DNA of 63,502 nucleotides, counting the filler. It is 4 parts of 4 records of this genome, joined end to end, with 100 filler letters (N's around TTAATTAATTAA, not from the genome) between each part and the next. Parts side by side here need not be neighbours in the genome. Positions count along the whole stretch, not along the records: positions 1 to 25,968 come from SRR20825019_504; 3 more parts are not named here. One strand, given 5' to 3'. The translations under genes were made by a program, and so were the position numbers. Below the pieces are notes generated by a model that ran no database searches, was not told the DNA's origin, and saw only the letters and a list, made by a program, of their open reading frames with translations. Below, piece by piece: positions 10,035-19,260 of this stretch (within the stretch, counting starts at the first letter, position 1; the number at the start of each line of letters is the position of its first letter).

Positions 10035-11708
10035 ATGCAACTGCACCCCCAGGCCGAGCGTCTGCCCTTTGCGCACCAAGGTCCCTTCGTCACCACCGCC
10101 AGCGGAGGCATTCTCTGCTTCGATGAACAGCATGCGCTCCACAGCGATGATGAAGGCGTGACCTGGGATTCCTTCCCATTGTTTTCCGATGCGGCAAACT
10201 ATCGCACCAGCACCGAACGCGCGCTCCTGCGCACGCGGAACGGCACGACGATTGCCGCCTGGATCAATCTCGAGGAACTCCAGCGCGGGCTCAACAACGA
10301 TTGGGGCGCTTCGACCGAAGAGTTCGCTGAGTGGATCCTGCCACTCTACGTAAGCCGCAGTCACGACGATGGTCGCACCTGGGAGGCTCCGATTCTCCTC
10401 AATCGCTCATGGTGCGGTTGCGTGCATTCGATTCTGCAAACCCGCAGCGGCCGCATTGTCCTGGTCGGTCAGGAAATCATTTCCGAATGGCGCCACGCGA
10501 CCGTGATGTATCTCTCCGACGACGAGGGGGCCACATGGCAACGCAGCAACGTCCTTGATATTGGAACCGGCCAACACGACCACGCCGGCTCCTGTGAAGC
10601 GACCGTAGTTCAACGCGCCGATGATTCGCTCTATCTGCTGTTACGCAATGAGACCGGATTCCTCACCGAATCCCTCTCATTCGATGATGGCCAGACCTGG
10701 TCTGCTCAATCGCCGACCACTATTCCCAACGTGATGTGTTGTGCGCAAATGAGCACGCTGTCGGATGGCACGGTCGCGCTGCTCTGGAATCCACCGCCAC
10801 GCTACGATCCCGCCGAACCCGTTTCCCGCGATGAACTCGCCTTGGCGCTTTCTCGTGACGGCGGCAAAACCTGGGAGCCTCGCGTGATCGTCGCCGCGGA
10901 TTACAGCCGCATCCGCGAGCTCCCCGAGTATATCCGCGCGTCCTATCCGTATCTCTACGAACGTCGCCCCGGCGAACTCTGGATCACCACCATGTATGGC
11001 GATGTGCGGATGAAGCTCGATCCCGCCAAGATCAATTCGGGTGCCATCCCGTTGCCACCGACCGTTGTGCTGTTTGGCGATTCCACGACCGCGCGACGTC
11101 CCGCCGAAGTGAAGTCGGTCTATGCGGTGCGTGTGCAGGAAAAGCTCATCGCGGCCGGCCTGAACCATGTGATCGCGAATCGCGGGATCGGCGGCCATAA
11201 TACCGGCCACGCCATCTCCCGGTTTGAGACCGATGTGCTCAGTTTGAAACCCGCCCTAGTGGTGATCCAATTCGGTCTCAACGATGCCGCGGTCAACGTG
11301 AACAGCGATCCGCCGGCGACCGGTCCGCGGGTGTCCCGAAAAATCTTCCTCGCCAATCTTCGGCACATGATCGAGGCCCTCAAGGAACGGCAGATTCCCG
11401 TGGTGCTGATGACCCCGAATCGCATGTATTGGTCGCCTTTACTTAAGTCGATTTATGATAAGCCGCCCTATGATGCGAATGATCCGGAGAGCTTCAACGA
11501 GCTCCATCTCGATGGCTATGCCGCCGGAGTCCGTGAATTGGCCGCTGAACAAAACGTTCCGCTGGTGGACATCAACCAGGCCTATCTCGATTCCGGAGAC
11601 CCGCGGCAATTTCTCCTCGAACGCTGCAGGCAACATCCCAACGACACCGGCCATGCCCTCGTCGCCGATCTCCTCGCTCCGGTCGTGATCGATCAGTTGA
11701 AAAGGTAA
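10035..11708 (+). CDS. BNR/Asp-box (sialidase-like) propeller fused to an SGNH/GDSL esterase
   Basis: Five Asp-boxes (SDDEGVTW, SHDDGRTW, SDDEGATW, SFDDGQTW, SRDGGKTW) and SYPY, then FGDSTT, QFGLND and HPN of SGNH. Confidence 0.85.
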   Translation: MQLHPQAERLPFAHQGPFVTTASGGILCFDEQHALHSDDEGVTWDSFPLFSDAANYRTSTERALLRTRNGTTIAAWINLEELQRGLNNDWGASTEEFAEWILPLYVSRSHDDGRTWEAPILLNRSWCGCVHSILQTRSGRIVLVGQEIISEWRHATVMYLSDDEGATWQRSNVLDIGTGQHDHAGSCEATVVQRADDSLYLLLRNETGFLTESLSFDDGQTWSAQSPTTIPNVMCCAQMSTLSDGTVALLWNPPPRYDPAEPVSRDELALALSRDGGKTWEPRVIVAADYSRIRELPEYIRASYPYLYERRPGELWITTMYGDVRMKLDPAKINSGAIPLPPTVVLFGDSTTARRPAEVKSVYAVRVQEKLIAAGLNHVIANRGIGGHNTGHAISRFETDVLSLKPALVVIQFGLNDAAVNVNSDPPATGPRVSRKIFLANLRHMIEALKERQIPVVLMTPNRMYWSPLLKSIYDKPPYDANDPESFNELHLDGYAAGVRELAAEQNVPLVDINQAYLDSGDPRQFLLERCRQHPNDTGHALVADLLAPVVIDQLKR

Positions 11709-11713
11709 TCAAG

Positions 11714-12037
11714 GTAGAAGTATGAAGGAAGAATGAAGAAGTTAGGCGTCTCGCACACCGGCCTGACCGGGTAGGGCGAACCGTCCCCGGTGAGCCGCGC
11801 TCTGTTGATCACTCATGCGAAACCGGGCATAGGGACATGCCCGGCCACCTTATGCACTGGTGCTCACCATTAGGTAGGGAACGGACCGCTGGTCGTCCGC
11901 GAAGTTTCCACGAGTGCACACATGTTACAGGTAGCCGAACTTGAATCCCGCCACGCGGGTTGAAAGTTTGGTGAGCAAAATGTCGCGCCAGCCGATCAAC
12001 CAAACTTTCTCCACTGAGGGGATCAAGTTCGGCTACA
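11714..12037. repeat. Intergenic stack: GAAGTATGAAG-type heptamers plus GTAG REP palindromes and a GTAGCCGAACTTGA...TCAAGTTCGGCTAC inverted pair
   Basis: Seen at about 11714-11742, 11771-11799, 11875-11901, 11932-11945 and 12022-12036. Confidence 0.75.
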
Positions 12038-12148
12038 CTCGAATGTTTCAGGAACAGGAGGATTGTTCGACGACCGGCTCATTATTCGGCTATTCCATGC
12101 GGTCGGTTCGGCCTGCCTTGATAGCCCAACCTGCATGGCCTGACCTCT

Positions 12149-12877
12149 TCATTCTTCCTTCGGCAAATCGATCACTTTGATATAGCGACGGCGCACCCGG
12201 CTCTGGCCTTCGAGCGGTTTGCGTTCACCGGCCTGCTTATAAGCCTGGCGCCGATAGCCGCCAAGATTCGGATCGGCCGCGCACTCCATTTGAAACTGCT
12301 GCATCCGTTCAAACAGGGCGAGCAACTGATCGGGCAGGGGATAGTCATCCAATTTCGCACGCTCCAAAACCGTCAGGAGTTCGTGCACCGATTCGAGGGT
12401 CGAGAGACAGCCCTGCTGCGGCTGCTGTTTGATCCGGTAGCGACTCGGCGCGGACGGTGTAAACATCACGCGAGGGAGGCGTTGCAGGCTCGGACTGATC
12501 CGGAGGATTTTGCGTGCGCCGCTCCAAGTCGCATCGAGAATGAAAACCTGCAATGGTTTTTCCGTAAACGTCGCGGGCAGGGCGGCATCGCTTGAAAGAT
12601 TCACGGCCTCGAGTCCCGGATAGAGCAGCACGGAATGGTAATGCGGATCGGCGATTCGTTTCTGCACGGCGGGGTGTTCGTCGAAATTCATGCCCATCTG
12701 GATCTCGCTGTGCGGCAGACAGAGATGTGCAAGTCGTCCGGTGTTGGCACGCTCCCGTTTGAATTCCTTCGGGTGCATTAATAGCACAAATTTTGTGCGC
12801 GTGGGCATCGGCGTGATCGAGTCGCACCAACACAGCCGTGCCGGCCAAAAGCAACGATAGCAGGTTACGCGGGCCAT
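12149..12877 (-). CDS. DTW-domain protein (tRNA-uridine aminocarboxypropyltransferase TapT/YfiP-like)
   Basis: CYRC..LCWC, LLMHPKE, NTGRLA, ILDATW, SRYRIK, LSTLES. Confidence 0.88.
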   Translation of the reverse strand: MARVTCYRCFWPARLCWCDSITPMPTRTKFVLLMHPKEFKRERANTGRLAHLCLPHSEIQMGMNFDEHPAVQKRIADPHYHSVLLYPGLEAVNLSSDAALPATFTEKPLQVFILDATWSGARKILRISPSLQRLPRVMFTPSAPSRYRIKQQPQQGCLSTLESVHELLTVLERAKLDDYPLPDQLLALFERMQQFQMECAADPNLGGYRRQAYKQAGERKPLEGQSRVRRRYIKVIDLPKEE

Positions 12878-12901
12878 GAGATAAAACTGCTGCGATTGAC
12901 G

Positions 12902-13429
12902 TTATTCGACATGATGTGCGGTCGGTGACGAGTGAAGCGCTTCCGCGATCACGGCGGTGCGGCTGCGATAATACAGCGCGAGCCCACCTTGATAAACCAA
13001 GGTCACGAGGAGCACCGTGCCGTAGAGCGAATAGAAGGCAATCTTCACCAGCGGTAACACCTCGCTCATCATGATACCGGAATCGGCCAGCAGGCGCTCC
13101 ATGTCGGCCGTCATATTCCCCATCGCCAATTCGGGGTCAAAACTCGCCAGTCGGGAAACCGTGTAGACCCAGATCATGCCCAGAACGAGCAATTGCCCCC
13201 GGACCAACCATTGCACGCCGTCCGCCTGGCCTTCTCCCAGCATCCGTCGGCCGCGCAATTCCATCACCCCGCCGAAGCTCACCATCAAGCCCACCGCCGC
13301 GGCTCCGGCAGCTCCCACGATGAATGAGAGCAGGGTGCATAACCCCGAAAATACGGCGACACTCCCTCCATTGACCGCGGCAATGCGGCGCACCCGCTTG
13401 AGCGTGTCTTGAGGAGTTCGTTTGGCCAT
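12902..13429 (-). CDS. Hypothetical membrane protein
   Basis: About 175 aa with roughly four hydrophobic segments. Confidence 0.7.
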   Translation of the reverse strand: MAKRTPQDTLKRVRRIAAVNGGSVAVFSGLCTLLSFIVGAAGAAAVGLMVSFGGVMELRGRRMLGEGQADGVQWLVRGQLLVLGMIWVYTVSRLASFDPELAMGNMTADMERLLADSGIMMSEVLPLVKIAFYSLYGTVLLVTLVYQGGLALYYRSRTAVIAEALHSSPTAHHVE

Positions 13430-13511
13430 TCCCTTGGTGATGTCGCGTTGCATTTATTGATGCAATCCAGGAAGCCAAGTCGATCTCGCCAAACCTCCCC
13501 AACCAGTCAGT

Positions 13512-14744
13512 GTGAAGGCTCAGTTGCGCGCTTTCCTTCCCAATCTTTTTCGCGATCTTCGTGCACTGCCTGCTCCGGTGCATGTCCTCGTCGGCGGACA
13601 TTTCATCAATCGGTTCGGCAGCTTTGTGATGCCGTTTCTGGCGCTGTTTCTCGCTACCCGGGGGATTCATCTGGGGCAGGTCGCGGTGGTTTTAATGGCA
13701 ATGAGTTTGGGCGGATTGTTGGGTCCGGTCGCGAGCGGTTATCTTTCGGATTCGATCGGGCGGCGAAATACGATCGTGATTTCTCTGATCAGCAGCGCTC
13801 TGAGTATCGTGGCGCTGTATTACTGTCGCACGCTGCCCGCCCTTGTCACCGTGGCGATGATTCACGGATTCTGCTCCTTTCTTTATGCCCCCGCGGCGAA
13901 TGCGTTGCTCACTGATCTCGTCTCCACGGAACAACGCGTGCTGGCCTTTGCCTACATGAGATTGGCGATCAACGCCGGATTCGCCGCCGGTCCGGCCGTC
14001 GCGGGATTACTGTTCAGTCGGGCCCCATTGCTGATCTTTCTCGGCGATGCGATCACCACCCTGATCTTTGCCGGCCTTTCCCTGATGTGGTTACCGCACG
14101 GTTTGCGGACGGTCGCGGGTAAGGTGTCTTCCGTGACAGTGATCTGGAAAAGTTGGGCGCGCGCCTTGGCGCACATCGCCCGCAACCGGCCTTTCCTCAT
14201 CTACCTGTTCGCGTCCCTTTGCATGGAGATCGCGTTTGTTCAGGTCTTCAACGTGCTCGCGTTATCCTCAACGGACCGGGGTCTTACGCCGGCGCAATAC
14301 GGCGTCATCATGGGGCTCAATGGCGCTCTGATCATGTTCATCGAACTGCCGCTGAATCACTGGGCGCGACGTTTCAATCTACGTCATGTCCTCGTCATCG
14401 GTTTTATCCTCACCGGGCTGGGCTGCGCTTCCTTTGGGATCATGAACACTCAAAGCGGATTCTTCGCTGCGATGATGTTGTTTACCCTCGGGGAAATGCT
14501 GTCGTTGCCGATCAGTATGAGCTACGCGAGCCAACTCGCACCGGAAGAATTACGCGGACGCTATTTTGGCGTCAAAGGCGTCTGCTGGGCTCTCGCCGGA
14601 ATGGCGGGGAGCAGCGGCGTGTGGTTCTATGGGCGACTCGGTGATCACTGGTGGTTTCTCGCAGGAGGAATCGGCGTGCTCGGAGGGCTCATTATGTTAG
14701 GTTCCAGTTATCGAGACACGACCAGACCGGCCGCAACTTCCTGA
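13512..14744 (+). CDS. MFS transporter (MdtH-like)
   Basis: 12-TM pattern, GYLSDSIGRR motif A, LAPEELRGRYFG. Confidence 0.92.
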   Translation: MKAQLRAFLPNLFRDLRALPAPVHVLVGGHFINRFGSFVMPFLALFLATRGIHLGQVAVVLMAMSLGGLLGPVASGYLSDSIGRRNTIVISLISSALSIVALYYCRTLPALVTVAMIHGFCSFLYAPAANALLTDLVSTEQRVLAFAYMRLAINAGFAAGPAVAGLLFSRAPLLIFLGDAITTLIFAGLSLMWLPHGLRTVAGKVSSVTVIWKSWARALAHIARNRPFLIYLFASLCMEIAFVQVFNVLALSSTDRGLTPAQYGVIMGLNGALIMFIELPLNHWARRFNLRHVLVIGFILTGLGCASFGIMNTQSGFFAAMMLFTLGEMLSLPISMSYASQLAPEELRGRYFGVKGVCWALAGMAGSSGVWFYGRLGDHWWFLAGGIGVLGGLIMLGSSYRDTTRPAATS

Positions 14745-14756
14745 ATCACTTTTATT

Positions 14757-15923
14757 ATGAACTCATCGCTCCTCATCCGAAACTGCCGCGCGATCTGCTC
14801 CGACTATGTGCTGCCTCATGCGGCGATCCGCATCGAAAACGGATTGATCACGTCCATCGGCCCCGAGGCGGAGGCCAATCTCGCCGACGCCACAATCATC
14901 GACGCGGACGATCAATTCGTCGCACCCGGATTCATCGATGTGCATTGTCACGGCGATGGGACCACTCGGTATTTCGACAACCCTGAAACTGTTTCGAAAA
15001 ACCTCCTCGGCGGAGGCGTCACCAGCGTGCTCGCGACGCTCGGCTATCCCGACATGCAGGCGGGAAACCTGGCTCATCAATTGCGCGCGTTCGCTTCCGA
15101 TTCAGGCGAGATCAGCCGTCGCGTGGTCGCGGGAATTCATCTCGAAGGGCCCTACGTGAATCCAAAATACGGCGCCCAGACTTCACGCGGTGTGATCAAG
15201 GACCCGGATGCCTCTGAATACACCGCCTGGCTCGAAGAATTTGGCGATGTCATCAAATGGTGGACCTGTGCGCCCGAACTACCCGGAGCCCATGAATTCA
15301 TTCGTGCCGCCGTCCAATGCGGTGGTGTCGTGGGGGCGGGGCATACCGAGGCCACCGCCGAACAACTCGCCACGGCGATCGCATCCGGCCTCCACGTGAT
15401 CACGCATTGGACCAATGCCACCGGCAATCCCCAGGCCGCGGCCTATCGCGGCACGCGTTATCCGGGGATCGATGAAGCTGCGCTCGTCTGCGATGAAGTC
15501 ACCGCCGAAATCATTCCCGACGAGAACGGCCTCCACGTGCATCCGCTCATGGCAAAACTCCTCTACAAGGCCAAAGGCTCGGATCGCATCATGATTATCA
15601 CCGATGCCGGCTATGCACGTCCGGATGATCCGGTCGAAACCGGCAAACCGCGTGATGTCTCCATCGATGCGAATGGCGATCTCGCCGGTTCGCGTCTCAC
15701 GATGGCAGGAGCGGCCCGCAACTTCCGTCGGTTTACCGCCTGCTCATGGCCGGAATTGTTCCGGATGACCTCCCTGAATCCCGCCCGGCTCCTCGGTCTC
15801 GATCAAGAGGTCGGTTCGCTCGAAATCGGGAAGCGCGCCAATCTGATCCTCTGCAATGAAGCGCTGGAGGTTTCCCGGGTCTGCCTCAGCGGTGCGATGG
15901 TCCCCAACCATCCTGCCAGTTAA
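14757..15923 (+). CDS. nagA: N-acetylglucosamine-6-phosphate deacetylase-like amidohydrolase
   Basis: PGFIDVHCHG, GIHLEGPY, APE, GHT, ITDA, LAGSRLTM, NPARLLG. Confidence 0.75.
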   Translation: MNSSLLIRNCRAICSDYVLPHAAIRIENGLITSIGPEAEANLADATIIDADDQFVAPGFIDVHCHGDGTTRYFDNPETVSKNLLGGGVTSVLATLGYPDMQAGNLAHQLRAFASDSGEISRRVVAGIHLEGPYVNPKYGAQTSRGVIKDPDASEYTAWLEEFGDVIKWWTCAPELPGAHEFIRAAVQCGGVVGAGHTEATAEQLATAIASGLHVITHWTNATGNPQAAAYRGTRYPGIDEAALVCDEVTAEIIPDENGLHVHPLMAKLLYKAKGSDRIMIITDAGYARPDDPVETGKPRDVSIDANGDLAGSRLTMAGAARNFRRFTACSWPELFRMTSLNPARLLGLDQEVGSLEIGKRANLILCNEALEVSRVCLSGAMVPNHPAS

Positions 15924-16012
15924 ACGGGAAGGGCACGGGGAACCCCTTGTGTTGTGATCGACAATGAGTGAGACTCACTCCGCTTTCTAAACCATGCCAG
16001 TCGTTTAACCCT

Positions 16013-16666
16013 ATGTCCACCGACCCCCATTCAGAATTCGATCATTCTGTTCTCGATAAGATTGATCTCAGTCCCGTTGGCGCTGTCCCCAGCACCCCCT
16101 CTTATCAGGACGCCATGCGGCGACTCTACGCCGCGCGGCAAGTCTATGCCGATGCCGATCACAAGGATGGCCATGTGACCGCCCGTTCACTGACGGAGTT
16201 GCCCATTTTCTATCCCACCAATCTCGACGATTTCATCGCGGGAAAAATCCCGGAAGAGGCCATCGAATCCAACGCCACGATCTATGACCGTTATGTCGCC
16301 TCGCTTCCGGCAGCCTTGCGCGAACGTGCGGAAGACTGCCGGATCATGGTGATCGGCAAGCCCACTCATCATCGCGCCAAACACGGTGCTGAAGTCGTCC
16401 ACGATCCGATGCACATGCTCTTTCTCGTTCCGGGTGCCGGACCACATCCCGGTATCCCCGGTAATTATCTGCACGGTGCGCTCTTTCATCTCGGTGCCGA
16501 TGAAGAGACCGGCACGTGGGTCATCAACGTTCACGATGCCGATGATGGGGCCGCGGAAATTCGCCTTCAGAAAAAAGCCGACGCTCTCGCCATGCTGCAG
16601 GACGTGATCGCCAGCGCGCCATTTCATTTGGACGAATTGGATACCCTCGGGTTTGCGATGAATTAG
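16013..16666 (+). CDS. Hypothetical protein
   Basis: 217-aa ORF with host-like codon usage filling the gap. No recognised motif. Confidence 0.7.
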   Translation: MSTDPHSEFDHSVLDKIDLSPVGAVPSTPSYQDAMRRLYAARQVYADADHKDGHVTARSLTELPIFYPTNLDDFIAGKIPEEAIESNATIYDRYVASLPAALRERAEDCRIMVIGKPTHHRAKHGAEVVHDPMHMLFLVPGAGPHPGIPGNYLHGALFHLGADEETGTWVINVHDADDGAAEIRLQKKADALAMLQDVIASAPFHLDELDTLGFAMN

Positions 16667-16795
16667 GCCACCGTATCGGTTCATTTGTGACGGGGTGGTT
16701 TACCGGAATTTAGCACGGCGCTAAAAGCCCGTTAAAAGCCCGCGAGAAGCTGCTTTGGGAGTGTCGTGTAGGGATGGATACGATTGAGTCGGGTC

Positions 16796-17272
16796 ATGAA
16801 ATCGCCCATGGCTTCCCGTGCCAGTGCCCCGCCGCAAGGATTCACCTTGGTCGAGATCATGGTGGTCGTTACGATCATCGGATTGCTCGCTGCGATCGCG
16901 GTCCCCGCTCTCCAACGTGTGCAGCGTCGCGCGCAAAACAGCCGCTTCGTCAGCGATCTTAGCACCTACACTCAGGCGTTCGAGACCTACGCCATGGAGC
17001 GCGGAGTCTGGCCCCCCAATGCCGGCAGCGGCCAAATTCCCGCTCCGCTGGTCGGAGAGATCGCCAACAAGTGGACCAGCCCCAACACTCTCGGGGGCGA
17101 ATGGAATTGGGATTACAACCGACTCGGCATCCAAGGTGGCATCGCCACCACCGGCGTCACGGCCTCCGCCTCACAAATGGTCGAGATCGATGCGATGATC
17201 GACGATGGCGATGTCAGCACCGGCAGCTTCCGGCTCTTTGGCACGCGCTACATCCTCGTGCTCGAAGAGTAG
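16796..17272 (+). CDS. Prepilin-type N-terminal cleavage/methylation protein (type IV pilin/pseudopilin)
   Basis: QGFTLVEIMVVVTIIGLLAAIAVP and a C-terminal IDAMIDDG. Confidence 0.92.
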   Translation: MKSPMASRASAPPQGFTLVEIMVVVTIIGLLAAIAVPALQRVQRRAQNSRFVSDLSTYTQAFETYAMERGVWPPNAGSGQIPAPLVGEIANKWTSPNTLGGEWNWDYNRLGIQGGIATTGVTASASQMVEIDAMIDDGDVSTGSFRLFGTRYILVLEE

Positions 17273-17281
17273 GGCGGCCAT

Positions 17282-17776
17282 TCACACTTCGATCACGGGA
17301 AGGCTCGCCATCAACTCCCGCGGGGAATGCTGGATAATGATATCCGCCTGCGGGTCATCCTTTCGAAGATTCGCGCGCTGTTCTTCCATCGCCTGCGTGA
17401 GAAGCGTCATGCATTCCGAACGAAACTCCGCGGCATTCTTTCCGCGAAAGGCCAATTTGATCGTCTTCCGGCTCACCACATCCGACATCCCTTTCCGCGT
17501 GTCACGCACCGTGAGGTCCGCGTGAAACGTGTGTCGACCGACAAACGGAATCAACGGATCGGTGATGTGCACCGAGGCCTCAATCAGATAGGCGTGTTTC
17601 GGTGCAAAGGCGTGCTGAGTGACCCGATAAACCAGCCATCCCACCATGATGACTGCCACGGCCACAAACACCCACGTGAGATCCAACGTGATCCGACTCA
17701 ACGACAGACCACCTACGACCAATGCCACAATCAGCGTCGCGAGAATCCACCAGGGAAGTGCTTTAAAAAAGGACAT
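17282..17776 (-). CDS. Hypothetical membrane protein
   Basis: Two N-terminal TM helices followed by a soluble domain. Confidence 0.65.
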   Translation of the reverse strand: MSFFKALPWWILATLIVALVVGGLSLSRITLDLTWVFVAVAVIMVGWLVYRVTQHAFAPKHAYLIEASVHITDPLIPFVGRHTFHADLTVRDTRKGMSDVVSRKTIKLAFRGKNAAEFRSECMTLLTQAMEEQRANLRKDDPQADIIIQHSPRELMASLPVIEV

Positions 17777-17977
17777 GAGTGAGTTGCCCCGGCTTGATTC
17801 GGACGGGCGCATCGATAGCCAACCGACCATTGCGGTTCTCCGCAAGCATCGGAATCACCCATCGATTTGCCAATCCACCCAAGTCACTCATCGTGCTCCT
17901 ATCCGCTGGGCATTAAAGATCGCCCCAATCACATCTGACGTGCAACTTTCCACCACTTTCGTGAGTCTTAGACACTA

Positions 17978-18232
17978 ATGGGGTTATTCCGCTTTATTCT
18001 TACCGCCTTATTCGGGCTCTTCGCCATCGTCGCCGGACTCTTTGCCGCGCTGCTCGTCGCCATCACCGGGATCATCGCCGCGCTCTTCGGAGGCCCCCGA
18101 CAGAAACGCCCGATTCGCCGTCCCGCCTCCGCCCAGCGTCCCCAAGCACAATCCCGTCCCCGGGAATCACGCCATGTCGATTCCGACGTGATCGACGTCG
18201 ATGCCAGCGAAGTGGAAAGCGAGAAGCGGTAA
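17978..18232 (+). CDS. Small membrane protein
   Basis: Hydrophobic N-terminus, then a basic linker and a C-terminal DVIDVDA motif. Confidence 0.75.
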   Translation: MGLFRFILTALFGLFAIVAGLFAALLVAITGIIAALFGGPRQKRPIRRPASAQRPQAQSRPRESRHVDSDVIDVDASEVESEKR

Positions 18233-18370
18233 GCGTTAGCGGGAAGCTGTAAGACGTAAGCGGGAAGCGGGAAGGGGTAAGCGCTAAGCAGTCAGCGAAC
18301 AGCGGTCAGCACTACGCCGGAAGCTATCAGCTGTCAGCCGATAAGCTTTAAGCGATCAGCTCTCAGCAAA
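18223..18370 (+). repeat. Degenerate heptamer tandem array (nnnAAGC/nnTCAGC)
   Basis: gaagcggtaagcgttagcgggaagctgtaag...tcagc, with 7-nt period. Confidence 0.85.
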
Positions 18371-18415
18371 CAGAAGGTAGGTCGAAGCGCGTGTCCTTTC
18401 CTAGCTTCAAGCGAC

Positions 18416-18567
18416 GAAGGATCCCCGGTGACGTAGCGCGGTAGCGCGGAGATGGTGCTCTGCTGACGAGCAGAGTGCCCCGGAGGGGTGACAAAGCGGG
18501 TGCCCTTATGGGCTGCTGCGAAACAACCGTTCGATGTTTTGCGTGTAGTCACCTGGATTCATCCTTC
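18416..18567 (+). ncRNA. Candidate structured RNA or ssDNA multi-hairpin element
   Basis: Closing stem GGATCCCCGGTGAC/GTCACCTGGATTC encloses four internal hairpins. The G-U pairs favour the + strand. Confidence 0.45.
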
Positions 18568-18603
18568 TTGCTACTTCATTCACCCTTCTAACTTTTTCCT
18601 TCC

Positions 18604-19092
18604 TCATTCTTCCTTTCCATCCCGTCCGAATCCCCAGGAAAACGAGGCCTTGAATTTTTCCGTGCCGCCGATCCGCACGCCGTGAAACATCGTCTCGGCC
18701 ATCTCGGTTGATCCGAGCAGACGCGCGACATCGATCATCAATTCCGCATCCGCGATCAGTCGCTCGACTTCCTCGCCCGGATAGCCCGCCCAGTATTTTA
18801 GATCGTGCAGGAATCCGGCGGGGTAGAGGCTCACGCCATTCCACGTGTCGAACCAACCCGTGACACCGTCGCTCTTGAACGGCTGGACCGGAGGATCGCG
18901 TTCGATCTTCTGCCAGAGTGATTCCAGTCCGTAGGCCAGACAGATCTTCTTGATTTCTTCCAACGACACTTCCTCCCCAATCGCCGGTAGTTCAATGCCG
19001 GGCTCCTGTGAAGTCAAAGCTGACTCAGTCGCTTTCACCGCCGGAGCGACGAGCAACAAGCCGAACAGGAATCTTAGATTATTGAATTTCAT
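18604..19092 (-). CDS. Secreted protein, prokaryotic phospholipase A2/DUF1353-like
   Basis: Signal peptide; SDG...FLHDLKYWAG...RLIADAEL...MFHGVRIGG...WGFG. Confidence 0.6.
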   Translation of the reverse strand: MKFNNLRFLFGLLLVAPAVKATESALTSQEPGIELPAIGEEVSLEEIKKICLAYGLESLWQKIERDPPVQPFKSDGVTGWFDTWNGVSLYPAGFLHDLKYWAGYPGEEVERLIADAELMIDVARLLGSTEMAETMFHGVRIGGTEKFKASFSWGFGRDGKEE

Positions 19093-19169
19093 GAGTCGGT
19101 GCATTACCGCGGCTCACCCAGATTTCACAGATACGGCCCTCCGCTTCGAGGAAATAGCGATCTACTCAA

Positions 19170-19260
19170 TGCCAACCGCCCATTGCCGACAACCTTCCGC
19201 TTACCGCTGATTGCTTAAAGCTTATAGCTGACCGCTTTCCGCCTATCGCTTATCCCTTAA
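19170..19260 (-). repeat. Heptamer array, reverse orientation (GCTTnnn)
   Basis: ccgcttaccgctgattgcttaaagcttatagctgaccgctttcc. Confidence 0.8.

Noticed and set aside
18463-18540. Hammerhead-like core CTGACGA-GCAG...CTGC-GAAAC
   Set aside because: No stem I adjoining a UH cleavage site could be built, and CTGACGA lies inside a stronger local hairpin.
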